DNA of 64,000 bases from Nitrospirales bacterium (lineage in GTDB: Bacteria > Nitrospirota > Nitrospiria > Nitrospirales > UBA8639): NCBI GenBank assembly GCA_965223295.1, contig CBDCWC010000003.1:1472001-1536000 (forward strand), read 5' to 3'. The position numbers were made by a program, and so were the translations under genes. Every line of letters starts with the position of its first letter. Positions within the stretch are counted from its first letter, which is position 1. A model generated the notes under the pieces. It made no database searches. It had not been told where the DNA came from and saw nothing but the letters and a program-made list of their open reading frames with translations. Shown piece after piece: positions 21,067 to 30,721 of the stretch.

Positions 21067-21609
21067 ATGGCGGCAGTATTAGGAATTGTGCCACTCTCCA
21101 TGGATTCAACAGATATGCATCCTATTGCTGAAAAAATTCAAAGCCGATTTCCCGAAGGGTTTCTTAGTTCCCAAGAATGGCGTGGCGACCTAGCGGTTTC
21201 CGTCAAGCGGGAAGCCTTGCATGATGTCTGTTCCTATATTCGCAAAGACCCGGAATTGGATTGTGATTATATGGTGCATGTGAGTTCCGTGGACTGGCTT
21301 GATGAAGCCGAACGATTTGAAGTGGTCTACGAAGTCTATTCAATACGAAAGCGTCATCGTATCCGCATCAAAACTCGCGTCCCTGAACATGATTGCCAGG
21401 TAGATTCGATGGTGGATCTATGGATGGGCGCAGAATATATGGAGCGGGAAGTGTTCGATATGATGGGGATTCGATTCAATCATCATCCCGACCTCCGTCG
21501 TATTCTCATGCCTGATGATTACAACGAAGGCTATCCTCTGCGAAAAGATTTTCCAGTTCAGGGCAAGGGCTGGCGTGATACCTTTGATTTTCTCAACGAC
21601 CCGAATTAG
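21067..21609 (+). CDS. nuoC: NADH-quinone oxidoreductase subunit C
   Basis: EREVFDMMGIRF..HPDLRRIL...YPLRKDFP; start may be at 21100 or 21115. Confidence 0.95.
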   Translation: MAAVLGIVPLSMDSTDMHPIAEKIQSRFPEGFLSSQEWRGDLAVSVKREALHDVCSYIRKDPELDCDYMVHVSSVDWLDEAERFEVVYEVYSIRKRHRIRIKTRVPEHDCQVDSMVDLWMGAEYMEREVFDMMGIRFNHHPDLRRILMPDDYNEGYPLRKDFPVQGKGWRDTFDFLNDPN

Positions 21610-21629
21610 TTATTCATTTTTTAACGATC

Positions 21630-22874
21630 ATGAAACTCGACGATCAACGCACGACTATCTATAAAGTCGATCCCAATCATCCGGAGACCGCTGATCTCCC
21701 AACGCTTCGGACGGAAGAGCTGCTTCTAAACATGGGGCCTCAACACCCCGCCACACATGGGGTGTTAAAGGTCATCATGGAACTGGAAGGCGAACGATTG
21801 GTTAAGTCTACACCGGTTTTAGGCTATCTACATCGCGGTGTCGAAAAACTGGCTGAAGGCGGCACTTACCATCAGTTTATCCCACATACTGATCGGTTAG
21901 ATTACGTCTGCGCGATGTATAACAACTTTGCCTATTGTCGGGCTGTTGAAAAACTCATGAATATCGAGATCCCTGAACGGGCTGAATATCTCCGCACCAT
22001 TGTGGCTGAGGTCCAGCGGATTATTGGCCATCTGTTTTGGCTAGGCACGCAGGCGTTAGACATTGGCGCCATGACCGTTTTCTTTTATACCTTTAGAGAC
22101 CGGGAAATTTTGCTGGATTGGTTTGATGAGCTTTGTGGCGCGCGCCTCACCACAAGTTGGTATCGCATAGGGGGTGTGGAGCGGGATTTTGATGATTCTC
22201 TCATAGACAAAGTCAAAAGGTTTTTAGAATACTTTCCTCCTAAAATTGACGAATATGTCGTGTTTCTGGAAAAGAATCGTGTCTGGCTTGCACGGACCTG
22301 CGGCGTGGCCGTGATTTCAGCCGAAGACGCTTTAAGCTTTGGATTAAGCGGGCCCACATTGCGTGGTTCCGGCGTCGATTATGATCTGCGGAAATACGAA
22401 CCGTATAGCGCATACCCATGGTGCGAATTCAGTGTTCCCGTTGGGAAAAACGGCGATACCTATGATCGGTATTGGATCCGCATTGAAGAGTTTCGGGAAA
22501 GCATTAAGATCATCAAGCAATGCCTGGAGCAAATACAACCTGGACCCATTATGGCAGATGTGCCTAGCGTCACGTTGCCACCGAAAGATCGCGTCTTCAC
22601 CAATCTGGAATCGATGATTCAACAGTTTAAATTATTTTCCCAAGGCTTTGATGCTCCTGCTGGAGAAATCTATTGCGGGACTGAAGCCCATAAAGGCGAG
22701 CTGGGATTCTATATTGTGAGCACCGGAGGCGGGAATCCGTATCGTCTCAAGATACGGTCCCCATCCTTTATCCACATGGGTGCCTTTGATCACATGTCGA
22801 AAGGCTATATGATCGCCGATGCCGTCACCATTTTTGGGTCGTACGATATTGTCATGGGAGAATGCGATCGCTAA
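21630..22874 (+). CDS. nuoD: NADH-quinone oxidoreductase subunit D
   Basis: NMGPQHPATHGVL, GYLHRG.EK, DRLDY, GECDR. Confidence 0.97.
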   Translation: MKLDDQRTTIYKVDPNHPETADLPTLRTEELLLNMGPQHPATHGVLKVIMELEGERLVKSTPVLGYLHRGVEKLAEGGTYHQFIPHTDRLDYVCAMYNNFAYCRAVEKLMNIEIPERAEYLRTIVAEVQRIIGHLFWLGTQALDIGAMTVFFYTFRDREILLDWFDELCGARLTTSWYRIGGVERDFDDSLIDKVKRFLEYFPPKIDEYVVFLEKNRVWLARTCGVAVISAEDALSFGLSGPTLRGSGVDYDLRKYEPYSAYPWCEFSVPVGKNGDTYDRYWIRIEEFRESIKIIKQCLEQIQPGPIMADVPSVTLPPKDRVFTNLESMIQQFKLFSQGFDAPAGEIYCGTEAHKGELGFYIVSTGGGNPYRLKIRSPSFIHMGAFDHMSKGYMIADAVTIFGSYDIVMGECDR

Positions 22875-22880
22875 GTTCTT

Positions 22881-22941
22881 TCCTTCCCTTTGTAAGGGGC
22901 CTGGTTCCGAAGAAGAACCAAGTAATATCGGCGAGGTAGAA
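22881..22941. repeat. REP-like element in the nuoD-nuoG spacer
   Basis: TCCTTCCCTTTGTAAGGGG...GAGGTAGAAA, similar to 32326-32365. Confidence 0.55.
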
Positions 22942-23013
22942 ATAGCAAGTACTTAGTCCTTTGAAGTAGGAATATATTTCATACAGCATTGTACATACGG
23001 GAATAGAATAGAC

Positions 23014-25704
23014 ATGGGTTTAAAGCCAGTTACATCACCAGAAGTTGAAGCCGAGACCATTGAATTGACCATGGATGGGAAAACCGTCCAGGCCAAAGCC
23101 GGCGTCTCGCTCTATGATGTTGTGGCGAGTACGGGCAAGATTGTTCCGGCGATGTGCTACCACTACACCTTCGATCCCTTCGGATCGTGTGGGATGTGCT
23201 TGGTTGCACAAGAAGGGAAAAAAGCTCCTGTCCGTTCCTGCACGGCCAAAGCCGCAGCCGGGATGGTCATCCGAACCGACGGTGAAGATTTATTTTTGGC
23301 CCGAAAAAAAGCAGTGACGAAACATTTATCGGTCCACCCCTTAGACTGCCCAGTCTGCGATGCCGACGGTCATTGCGAGTTACAAGATATGGCCTTTCAT
23401 CATGGCGTGACCAATCTAGACAACGCGAAGCAAAAAAATATCCCCGAAGACACTCGTAGCCTCGTACTGGACTTCAATATGAACCGCTGTATCGCCTGCG
23501 GCGAATGCATCAATATCTGCAAGGATGTGCAACGAATTGATGCCCTGCAGTTTATGAAAAAAGGCGGATTCACGCAGGTGGTGGCGAAGGGCGATCAGCC
23601 TTTGGACTGCGAATTCTGTGGTGATTGTTTAGCGGTCTGTCCTGTGGGTGCCATAACCAATAAGTTTTCCAAGTATGCCTACAAGCCGTGGCAGCTCAAG
23701 AAGACCACGACTACCTGCAATTATTGTGGAGACGGCTGCCAGATCTATGTAGAGACCAAAGATACAGAAGTGGTTCGCGTCACTTCACCACTGTCCTGGA
23801 AAAATAAATGGGGAGATCGCGGTGATACGGTCAATGGGCATGACGGAATCTGTGTGCGAGGTCGATTTGGTTTTCAATTTATTGATAGTCCGTCGCGACT
23901 GAACACGCCCTTGGTCCGGACTGATGCAGGGCTCCAGCCGACTCCCTGGATTGATGCTCTTGAAACAGCAGCGAATCGATTGGGGGCCATTAGATCCCAG
24001 CATGGACCTCAAGCCATCGCTGGACTGATTACTGCACGATGCACGAACGAAGATTTGTACGTCTTCCAAAAGTTTATGCGCACGGTGATTGGGAGCAATC
24101 AACTTGATAGCAGCGCGCGATACGGACATCTTAATTTTGTCCATGCCATGAATGATGCGTTGGGTGTTCCTCGTATGATGAACACGTCTGAGGAAATTAA
24201 TAAAGCCAAAGCGTTCTTGATCGTGGGAGCCAATATTACAGAAACCAATCCTGTGGCTAGTCTTCGGGTTAAATCGGCCATCAGCTTGTATAAGGCTCAA
24301 ACTATTGTTGTTGATTCCTCACAAACCAACATGGCCAAGCTCAGTTCTCACCCCACGATGGTGAATCCAGGAACAGAAGGGCTGTATGTTCAAGGCTTAG
24401 TCAAATCAGTCGTTCATCAGGATTTGATTGATGAAGAAGCGACCCAAAACCACCCTGACGCGTTGTCGGCCTTGAAACGGGCGACGGAAGCCTTTTCTTT
24501 CGAAGAAGTGGCACAACAAACCGGTGCTGATATTGAGCAAATACATGAAGCCGCCAGAATTTTTGCAGAAGCCCCTCGTTCAATCATTATTTGTGGGGAA
24601 GGCATACTTCGGCAGGCCAACGGCTATCAGCACATGTTGCACCTGATTGATTTAGCGTGGCTGACGGGAAAATTAGGGAAAAAAGGGTGTGGGATTAACA
24701 CGTTTACGGAAGAAGCTAATGAACAGGGTGCAATTGATATGGGCGTGGCGCCAGAAATTCTGCCTGGAGTTGTCCCCTACGGAGATAGCCAGGCTCAGGA
24801 ACGATTTACACAAACCTGGAATAGCAATCTCCCAGAAGCCCAGCAGAGCGCCAATCTTATTGATATTATCGACCGCTGCCAAAAAGGTGACATTAAGGCG
24901 CTCTATGTGGTTGGCGAAAACCCGCTGGAAACGTTACCAGCATCATTTGGAGCCAAGGAAGCTCTTGAGAAGTTGGAAGTCCTGGTTTGTCAGGATCCGT
25001 TTCTCACAGAGACTGCCAAGCTCGCACATGTGGTGTTTCCAGTCTCAACCTTTGCGGAAAAAGATGGCACGGTGACGAATCAAGAAGGGAAGGTTCAGTT
25101 CCTTCGCCCTGCTTTGGATTCTCTTGGCGACAGCACCTTAGATTGGCATGTGATCGTAGGGCTTGCCAATGCTCTTGGAACATCAATGGAGTACGAAACC
25201 ACGCAAGATATTCAACAAGAAATTCGAAAGCTGCTCCCTGGTTACTACAACCTTGGGCAAGCTCCGAAGGCACAACCAAATTCTTCGAATTATTTTTCAA
25301 ATGGCTATGTCCAGCAAGTGGAAAAGCGTTATTCCCTCAATGGCAATGGGCAAACGCGTCGACCTTTTGGGCTTCGCATGACACAACTGATTTATCATTC
25401 TGGCAAATTATCGACTCAGGCTTCAGGCCTTATGGAGATATCTTCCAACAAGAAGAGTCTGTTTATGGGACCAGAAGATCTAAAAAATCTTGGTATCACC
25501 TCTGGGGAACGTATTCGTTTGACTTCAGATCAGGGTGCATTGGAAATGACCGTGACGGAAGATACCTCATTAATGCCAGGAACCTGTACGGTGCCTGAAC
25601 ATTTCAATGATCCGCCAGTGAAGGATCTGATGCCCATGCGGGTTGATTCCACGACGGGAGTCCCGTATTTCAAATTGACCTACGTGACTGTTGAAAAAGC
25701 TTAA
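23014..25704 (+). CDS. nuoG: NADH-quinone oxidoreductase subunit G (long, FDH-alpha-like)
   Basis: 2Fe-2S Cys set, HPLDCPVC, CIACGECINIC, CEFCGDCLAVCP, CNYCGDGC; molybdopterin-oxidoreductase fold. Confidence 0.9.
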   Translation: MGLKPVTSPEVEAETIELTMDGKTVQAKAGVSLYDVVASTGKIVPAMCYHYTFDPFGSCGMCLVAQEGKKAPVRSCTAKAAAGMVIRTDGEDLFLARKKAVTKHLSVHPLDCPVCDADGHCELQDMAFHHGVTNLDNAKQKNIPEDTRSLVLDFNMNRCIACGECINICKDVQRIDALQFMKKGGFTQVVAKGDQPLDCEFCGDCLAVCPVGAITNKFSKYAYKPWQLKKTTTTCNYCGDGCQIYVETKDTEVVRVTSPLSWKNKWGDRGDTVNGHDGICVRGRFGFQFIDSPSRLNTPLVRTDAGLQPTPWIDALETAANRLGAIRSQHGPQAIAGLITARCTNEDLYVFQKFMRTVIGSNQLDSSARYGHLNFVHAMNDALGVPRMMNTSEEINKAKAFLIVGANITETNPVASLRVKSAISLYKAQTIVVDSSQTNMAKLSSHPTMVNPGTEGLYVQGLVKSVVHQDLIDEEATQNHPDALSALKRATEAFSFEEVAQQTGADIEQIHEAARIFAEAPRSIIICGEGILRQANGYQHMLHLIDLAWLTGKLGKKGCGINTFTEEANEQGAIDMGVAPEILPGVVPYGDSQAQERFTQTWNSNLPEAQQSANLIDIIDRCQKGDIKALYVVGENPLETLPASFGAKEALEKLEVLVCQDPFLTETAKLAHVVFPVSTFAEKDGTVTNQEGKVQFLRPALDSLGDSTLDWHVIVGLANALGTSMEYETTQDIQQEIRKLLPGYYNLGQAPKAQPNSSNYFSNGYVQQVEKRYSLNGNGQTRRPFGLRMTQLIYHSGKLSTQASGLMEISSNKKSLFMGPEDLKNLGITSGERIRLTSDQGALEMTVTEDTSLMPGTCTVPEHFNDPPVKDLMPMRVDSTTGVPYFKLTYVTVEKA

Positions 25705-25727
25705 CCGGAAAAATTGAACACGTCATT

Positions 25728-26297
25728 ATGACCAACGAAATTACCACGAAAAAGTTTTTTGATGCCGTCTTATTCCGGGAAATTTGGAATGCCGCCAAGG
25801 TCACGCTGAAACATATGTTTCACAAACCCATGACGTTCCAATATCCTCGGGAGAAACGGACGATCCCTGATGCTCATCGTGGAGCGTTGAGCCTCCTGCG
25901 CTACGATGACGGGAAGGAACGATGCGTTGGGTGTGACCTCTGTGAGGCCGCCTGTCCCTCTCGATGTATTAAAGTGATCAGCGAGGAAGATAAATCTCTT
26001 CCGCTCCAACGGTATGCGAAAGAATTTTATATCGATATTACGAAATGCGTGTTTTGCGGCTATTGCGTGGAAGCATGCCCAGTCAATGCCTTAGCAATGA
26101 CGAAGGTGTATGAATTTTCCACCCATGATAAACGCACCCTCATGTTTGATAAAAAACGCTTGTATGAAATTGGCGAACGACATTTAGATGATGCCAAGAA
26201 GTATTTATATGCTCATAACCAAGAGAAGGAAGGTGAGGAAAGTCAGGCGTATCGCTACCATTTTCCCGTCTCCATTCAAAACGCGCAGGATCCATAA
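25728..26297 (+). CDS. nuoI: NADH-quinone oxidoreductase subunit I
   Basis: CVGCDLCEAACP and CVFCGYCVEACP. Confidence 0.96.
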   Translation: MTNEITTKKFFDAVLFREIWNAAKVTLKHMFHKPMTFQYPREKRTIPDAHRGALSLLRYDDGKERCVGCDLCEAACPSRCIKVISEEDKSLPLQRYAKEFYIDITKCVFCGYCVEACPVNALAMTKVYEFSTHDKRTLMFDKKRLYEIGERHLDDAKKYLYAHNQEKEGEESQAYRYHFPVSIQNAQDP

Positions 26298-26306
26298 GAC
26301 CAATCT

Positions 26307-26846
26307 ATGATGTGGCTTCTTTTCATATACTTTGCTGCGGTGAGTGTCGCGGCAGGGGTGTTAACCGTGTCTCTGCGGAATGCGGTGCATTCCGCCTTGG
26401 CCTTACTCACGCTCCTCCTTCATATGGCGGGGCTCTTTGTCATGCTCAATGCCGAGTTCTTGGCCATGGTACAAATCATCGTCTACGCCGGAGCGATTTT
26501 GATTTTGTATTTGTTCGTTTTGATGTTGATGAACTTAAAAACTGAAGAACAGCATCTCCATAAGAAACATTCTTATGTATTGTTCGCAAGCATGGGTCTT
26601 CTCGGCGAACTGCTCATTCTCTTGCTGCTCTCCCCATATGGGGGCATTGTTGGAACAGCCACGCCGGAAGTGCTTTTAGAAACTGGGCCCAGCCATGCTG
26701 TGGGAATCACGATGTTCAGCGACTATTTATTGCTGTTTGAGATTGTAGGAATTTTCTTGTTGGGCGCCGTCATCGGAGCCATTGTCTTAGCCAAGACTCC
26801 ATCCAAACCAGATACGCAAGAACCCGTTCAATCCCCCATATCCTAA
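26307..26846 (+). CDS. nuoJ: NADH-quinone oxidoreductase subunit J
   Basis: AEFLAMVQIIVYAGAILILYLFVLML. Confidence 0.95.
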   Translation: MMWLLFIYFAAVSVAAGVLTVSLRNAVHSALALLTLLLHMAGLFVMLNAEFLAMVQIIVYAGAILILYLFVLMLMNLKTEEQHLHKKHSYVLFASMGLLGELLILLLLSPYGGIVGTATPEVLLETGPSHAVGITMFSDYLLLFEIVGIFLLGAVIGAIVLAKTPSKPDTQEPVQSPIS

Positions 26847-26851
26847 ACCCG

Positions 26852-27154
26852 ATGATTCCCCTCTCTGCCTATGTTGCCGTCAGTGCTATCTTGTTCATGA
26901 CGGGATTGGTAGGGGTTCTCATTCGGCGTAACTTTATCATCGTCCTCATGAGCGTGGAGATTATGTTGAATGCCGCCAATATTAATTTAGTGGCGTTTTC
27001 CCATTATTTACATTCTATGGCTGGACAAATGACCGCTCTTTTTATCATTGCCGTTGCGGCGGCTGAAGCTGCTGTGGGGCTCGCTATTATTATTGTGATC
27101 TTCCGCGGGAAGATGGCCACTAATGTGGACCAAATCAATATTCTGAAGTGGTAA
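26852..27154 (+). CDS. nuoK: NADH-quinone oxidoreductase subunit K
   Basis: RRN..VLMSVEIMLNA, AVAAAEAAVGLA. Confidence 0.96.
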   Translation: MIPLSAYVAVSAILFMTGLVGVLIRRNFIIVLMSVEIMLNAANINLVAFSHYLHSMAGQMTALFIIAVAAAEAAVGLAIIIVIFRGKMATNVDQINILKW

Positions 27155-27155
27155 C

Positions 27156-29153
27156 GTGTTTGATTTACTGGTTCTGCTGATCCCTCTTTTTCCGCTTCTG
27201 GCTGTTTTAGCCAATGGGTTCTATGGCTCACGATATTCGCATGAGTGGGCGGGACGGCTGGCGTTTGGGTCAGTGGGCTTATCCTTTCTCTGTACCCTCG
27301 GGGTCTTTTCATCTGTCCTAGCCAACCCCGACCCCCGTGAAGTGATTGCCTGGTCCTGGATTTTCGGAGGCAATCTTTCTGTCAACCTGGCTTTTTTAAT
27401 TGATCCTCTCACCACCATTATGCTGTTGGTGGTCACCGGCGTCGGTTTCCTCATCCATGTCTATTCTGTGGGCTATATGCATGGAGAAGAAGGATTCACG
27501 CGGTTCTTCACCTACATGAACCTCTTCATGGTTTCCATGCTCTTGCTAGTGATGGGGGGGAACTACGTGGTGTTATTCATTGGCTGGGAAGGTGTAGGGC
27601 TCTGTTCCTATTTGCTCATTGGGTATTACTACGAGAAAGTTTCCGCGGGAAAAGCGGCCACTAAAGCCTTTGTGGTGAACAGAATTGGTGATGCTGGATT
27701 TTTGTTAGCGGTATTCTTGATCTTTTCCCACTTCGGATCACTGGACTACACCACGGTCTTGTCTCAAGCCTCAACGCTGTCGATTGAAATGGCTACGGCT
27801 ATCACGATCTGTCTCCTCATTGGAGCATTTGGAAAATCGGCGCAACTACCTTTGTATACCTGGTTGCCTGATGCGATGGAGGGACCAACGCCAGTTAGTG
27901 CCCTCATCCATGCCGCAACGATGGTAACGGCCGGCGTCTATATGGTAGTTCGCAATCATGTGTTATTTGATATGGCTCCCATCGCGTTAACGACCGTGGG
28001 CATTATTGGGGGAGTCACGGCTTTATTCGCCGCCACAATCGGCTTGGTACAAAATGACATTAAGCGCGTCTTAGCCTATTCAACGGTTAGCCAATTAGGC
28101 TACATGTTCCTGGCCTGCGGAGTTGGGGCCTATACGGCGGCAATCTTTCATTTGGTGACGCACGCCTTTTTTAAAGCCCTGCTCTTTTTATCTGCCGGCG
28201 CGGTAATTCACTCACTTCATCACGAACAAGATATTCGAAAAATGGGGGGGCTCTACAAGAAAATTCCCATTACTCACATCGTCTTTCTAATTGGCACACT
28301 TGCCATTGCGGGTATTCCCCCATTAGCGGGGTTTTGGAGTAAAGATGAAATCATGGCTCATGCCTTTGTGCATGGCTATTACCATTTATATCTTCTCGCG
28401 GCTATCGGTGCATTTCTGACCAGTTTTTATATGTTTCGCCTGACCTATCTGACGTTCTACGGGGAATCTCGTGTGGAGCCTCATGTCGCTAAGCATATTC
28501 ATGAATCCCCCCCCATTATGATCGTGCCACTCATGATCCTTGCTGGGTTGGCTGTGGTCGGAGGTTTTTTAGGGGTTCCTCCAGAGCATGGTTGGTTCCA
28601 CGGGTTTTTACATGATGTAGCTACGCCAACGGGTGCCGAACCTCATGCCGTGGAAATGGGCACACTCCTGGGATTAATGGGTGTGGCTATTGCTATTGCC
28701 TTAGGTGGGTGGGGACTGGCCCATTACATGTATGCCATTCGTCCACAGATGGCCAACGAATGGGCTCAGACCTACTCACAAGCTTATACCACCTTGCTTA
28801 ACAAATATTATGTCGACGAGTTCTATGACCGGATCATTGTCGAACCGTTTAAAAAACTCGGAATGATCTGGGACTGGTTTGATGAACAGATACTCGACCG
28901 TTTCGTGAATGGCATTGGGAAGGGAACAGATATCAGTGCTGCCGCGATTACGTGGACAGAAAAGCATGTCATCTATGCTGGGTTGAATATCGTGGGCTAT
29001 GCCAATCATGTGCTGGCTTGGTCATGGCGGAAATTGCAAAGCGGCATGGTTCATCATTATGCCGCCGTTCTGTTCATTGGGCTCGCAATCTTAATTCATC
29101 TCGTGGCGCTGTGGTTTGTCGGATCAACTTCTTTTGGCTCCAGTAGTTACTGA
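27156..29153 (+). CDS. nuoL: NADH-quinone oxidoreductase subunit L
   Basis: GKSAQLPLYTWLPDAMEGPTPVSALIHAATMV, HAFFKALLF. Confidence 0.97.
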   Translation: MFDLLVLLIPLFPLLAVLANGFYGSRYSHEWAGRLAFGSVGLSFLCTLGVFSSVLANPDPREVIAWSWIFGGNLSVNLAFLIDPLTTIMLLVVTGVGFLIHVYSVGYMHGEEGFTRFFTYMNLFMVSMLLLVMGGNYVVLFIGWEGVGLCSYLLIGYYYEKVSAGKAATKAFVVNRIGDAGFLLAVFLIFSHFGSLDYTTVLSQASTLSIEMATAITICLLIGAFGKSAQLPLYTWLPDAMEGPTPVSALIHAATMVTAGVYMVVRNHVLFDMAPIALTTVGIIGGVTALFAATIGLVQNDIKRVLAYSTVSQLGYMFLACGVGAYTAAIFHLVTHAFFKALLFLSAGAVIHSLHHEQDIRKMGGLYKKIPITHIVFLIGTLAIAGIPPLAGFWSKDEIMAHAFVHGYYHLYLLAAIGAFLTSFYMFRLTYLTFYGESRVEPHVAKHIHESPPIMIVPLMILAGLAVVGGFLGVPPEHGWFHGFLHDVATPTGAEPHAVEMGTLLGLMGVAIAIALGGWGLAHYMYAIRPQMANEWAQTYSQAYTTLLNKYYVDEFYDRIIVEPFKKLGMIWDWFDEQILDRFVNGIGKGTDISAAAITWTEKHVIYAGLNIVGYANHVLAWSWRKLQSGMVHHYAAVLFIGLAILIHLVALWFVGSTSFGSSSY

Positions 29154-29162
29154 TTCATTCCT

Positions 29163-30716
29163 ATGCAAGAAGAACTGACATTTGGCTTCCCCTTTTTGAC
29201 CTTTCTCACCTTCTTCCCATTACTGGGTGCATTGTTGGTGTGGGGGTTGAAGGATCATGCTCAAGTTCGCTTGGCCACGCTTGGCATTGCCAGCCTTGAA
29301 ATGGTTGTCGCCGCAATCATGTTAATGCTCTTTGTCCCAGACACGGCCGCCATGCAATTTGTGGAACGGGCTGAATGGATTCCATTCCTGGGTATTAGCT
29401 ATCACCTCGCCGTAGATGGTATCAGTGTGCTCTTTCTTGGACTCACGGCTTTTTTGACTGTGCTGTTAGTGTTGTATTCCTGGGATTCCGTCACGCTGAA
29501 ACCCAAAGCCTTTTATATGAGTATTTTGGCTTTGGAAACCACCTTCATGGGTATTTTTGCTTCGATCGACTTGATTGTCTTCTTTGTCTTTTGGGAACTC
29601 ATGCTCATTCCCAGTTACTTCCTGATTAAAATATGGGGACCTGGGGAAGATTGCCACTATGCCGCATTGAAATATGTGCTCTATACCCTCTTAGGCAGCG
29701 TCTTTATGTTGGTGGGATTTTGCCTTCTGAGCTTGAATTATTTTGAGGCTAAGCAGGTCTACAGCTTTGACTTTATTGATCTGCTGTCTGTGCAAATCCA
29801 ACTCAGTCAACAGCTGCTAATATTCTGGTTAATTTTCCTCGGGCTCGCATTCAAGGCGCCGGTATTTCCATTTCACTCCTGGTTTCCCGACGCTCTTGTC
29901 CAGGGGCCTATTCCGATGTCCGTCATGTTTGCCGGAATCAAAATGGGCACGTATGGTTTCTTGCGATTTTCCATGCCTTTGCTTCCAGATGCCTCCCGCA
30001 ATGAGACCGTTGTGGTCATCCTCATGATGTTAGGGTTGGCTGCAGTGGTGTATGGGGCTATCGTAGCCATTATCCAACCCGACTTTCGACGTCTGCTGGT
30101 CTTCAGCAGTATTAGTCACTTGGGATTTGTTGTGATTGGGTTATTTGCGTTGAACTTCCAAGGCATCCAGGGCAGCTTGCTCACGATGATTAACCTGGGC
30201 TTTAGCACGGCAGGGTTATTTTTTCTAGCTGGATTTATGTACGAACGGTTAGGTCATACAGATGTTCGGCAGTGTACCGGCCTCGCGAAGAAAATGCCCT
30301 TGTTGGCCATCTTCATGCTTATTATTGGCATGGCCTCAATTGGTCTCCCGGGAACAAATGGGTTTGTTGGGGAATTTCTCATTTTGCTGGGTGTCTTTCA
30401 AGCGGGATGGCTGTATGGAGCCATTGCCGTCACGGGAGTCATCTTTGCCGCCGCCTATTTTCTATGGTTTTACGAGCGCGCGATCTTTGGGCCTCTGAAA
30501 GAAAGTTTGCCTGCGGTAATCCCTGACCTCAATACTCGGGAATGGGCAATTGGTGTCTCACTCTCGGTGATGATCTTTTGGATTGGTCTGTACCCCTCTC
30601 CATTTTTGCGAATGATTAATGGGTCAGTGCAGGCTGTTGTGGAACGCTTAGATCCAGCCATGACCACTGCTCAATATGATGTCCCATCACATTCTCAAGA
30701 TATGCTGCGAAATTAA
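29163..30716 (+). CDS. nuoM: NADH-quinone oxidoreductase subunit M (copy 1)
   Basis: FWELMLIP, FKAPVFPFHSW.PDA, GLPGTNGFVGEF. Confidence 0.93.
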   Translation: MQEELTFGFPFLTFLTFFPLLGALLVWGLKDHAQVRLATLGIASLEMVVAAIMLMLFVPDTAAMQFVERAEWIPFLGISYHLAVDGISVLFLGLTAFLTVLLVLYSWDSVTLKPKAFYMSILALETTFMGIFASIDLIVFFVFWELMLIPSYFLIKIWGPGEDCHYAALKYVLYTLLGSVFMLVGFCLLSLNYFEAKQVYSFDFIDLLSVQIQLSQQLLIFWLIFLGLAFKAPVFPFHSWFPDALVQGPIPMSVMFAGIKMGTYGFLRFSMPLLPDASRNETVVVILMMLGLAAVVYGAIVAIIQPDFRRLLVFSSISHLGFVVIGLFALNFQGIQGSLLTMINLGFSTAGLFFLAGFMYERLGHTDVRQCTGLAKKMPLLAIFMLIIGMASIGLPGTNGFVGEFLILLGVFQAGWLYGAIAVTGVIFAAAYFLWFYERAIFGPLKESLPAVIPDLNTREWAIGVSLSVMIFWIGLYPSPFLRMINGSVQAVVERLDPAMTTAQYDVPSHSQDMLRN

Positions 30717-30721
30717 GTGCA

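Noticed and set aside
23014-25704. Formate dehydrogenase alpha subunit
   Set aside because: No Cys/Sec-His catalytic motif (SARYGH), and its position in the nuo operon indicates NuoG
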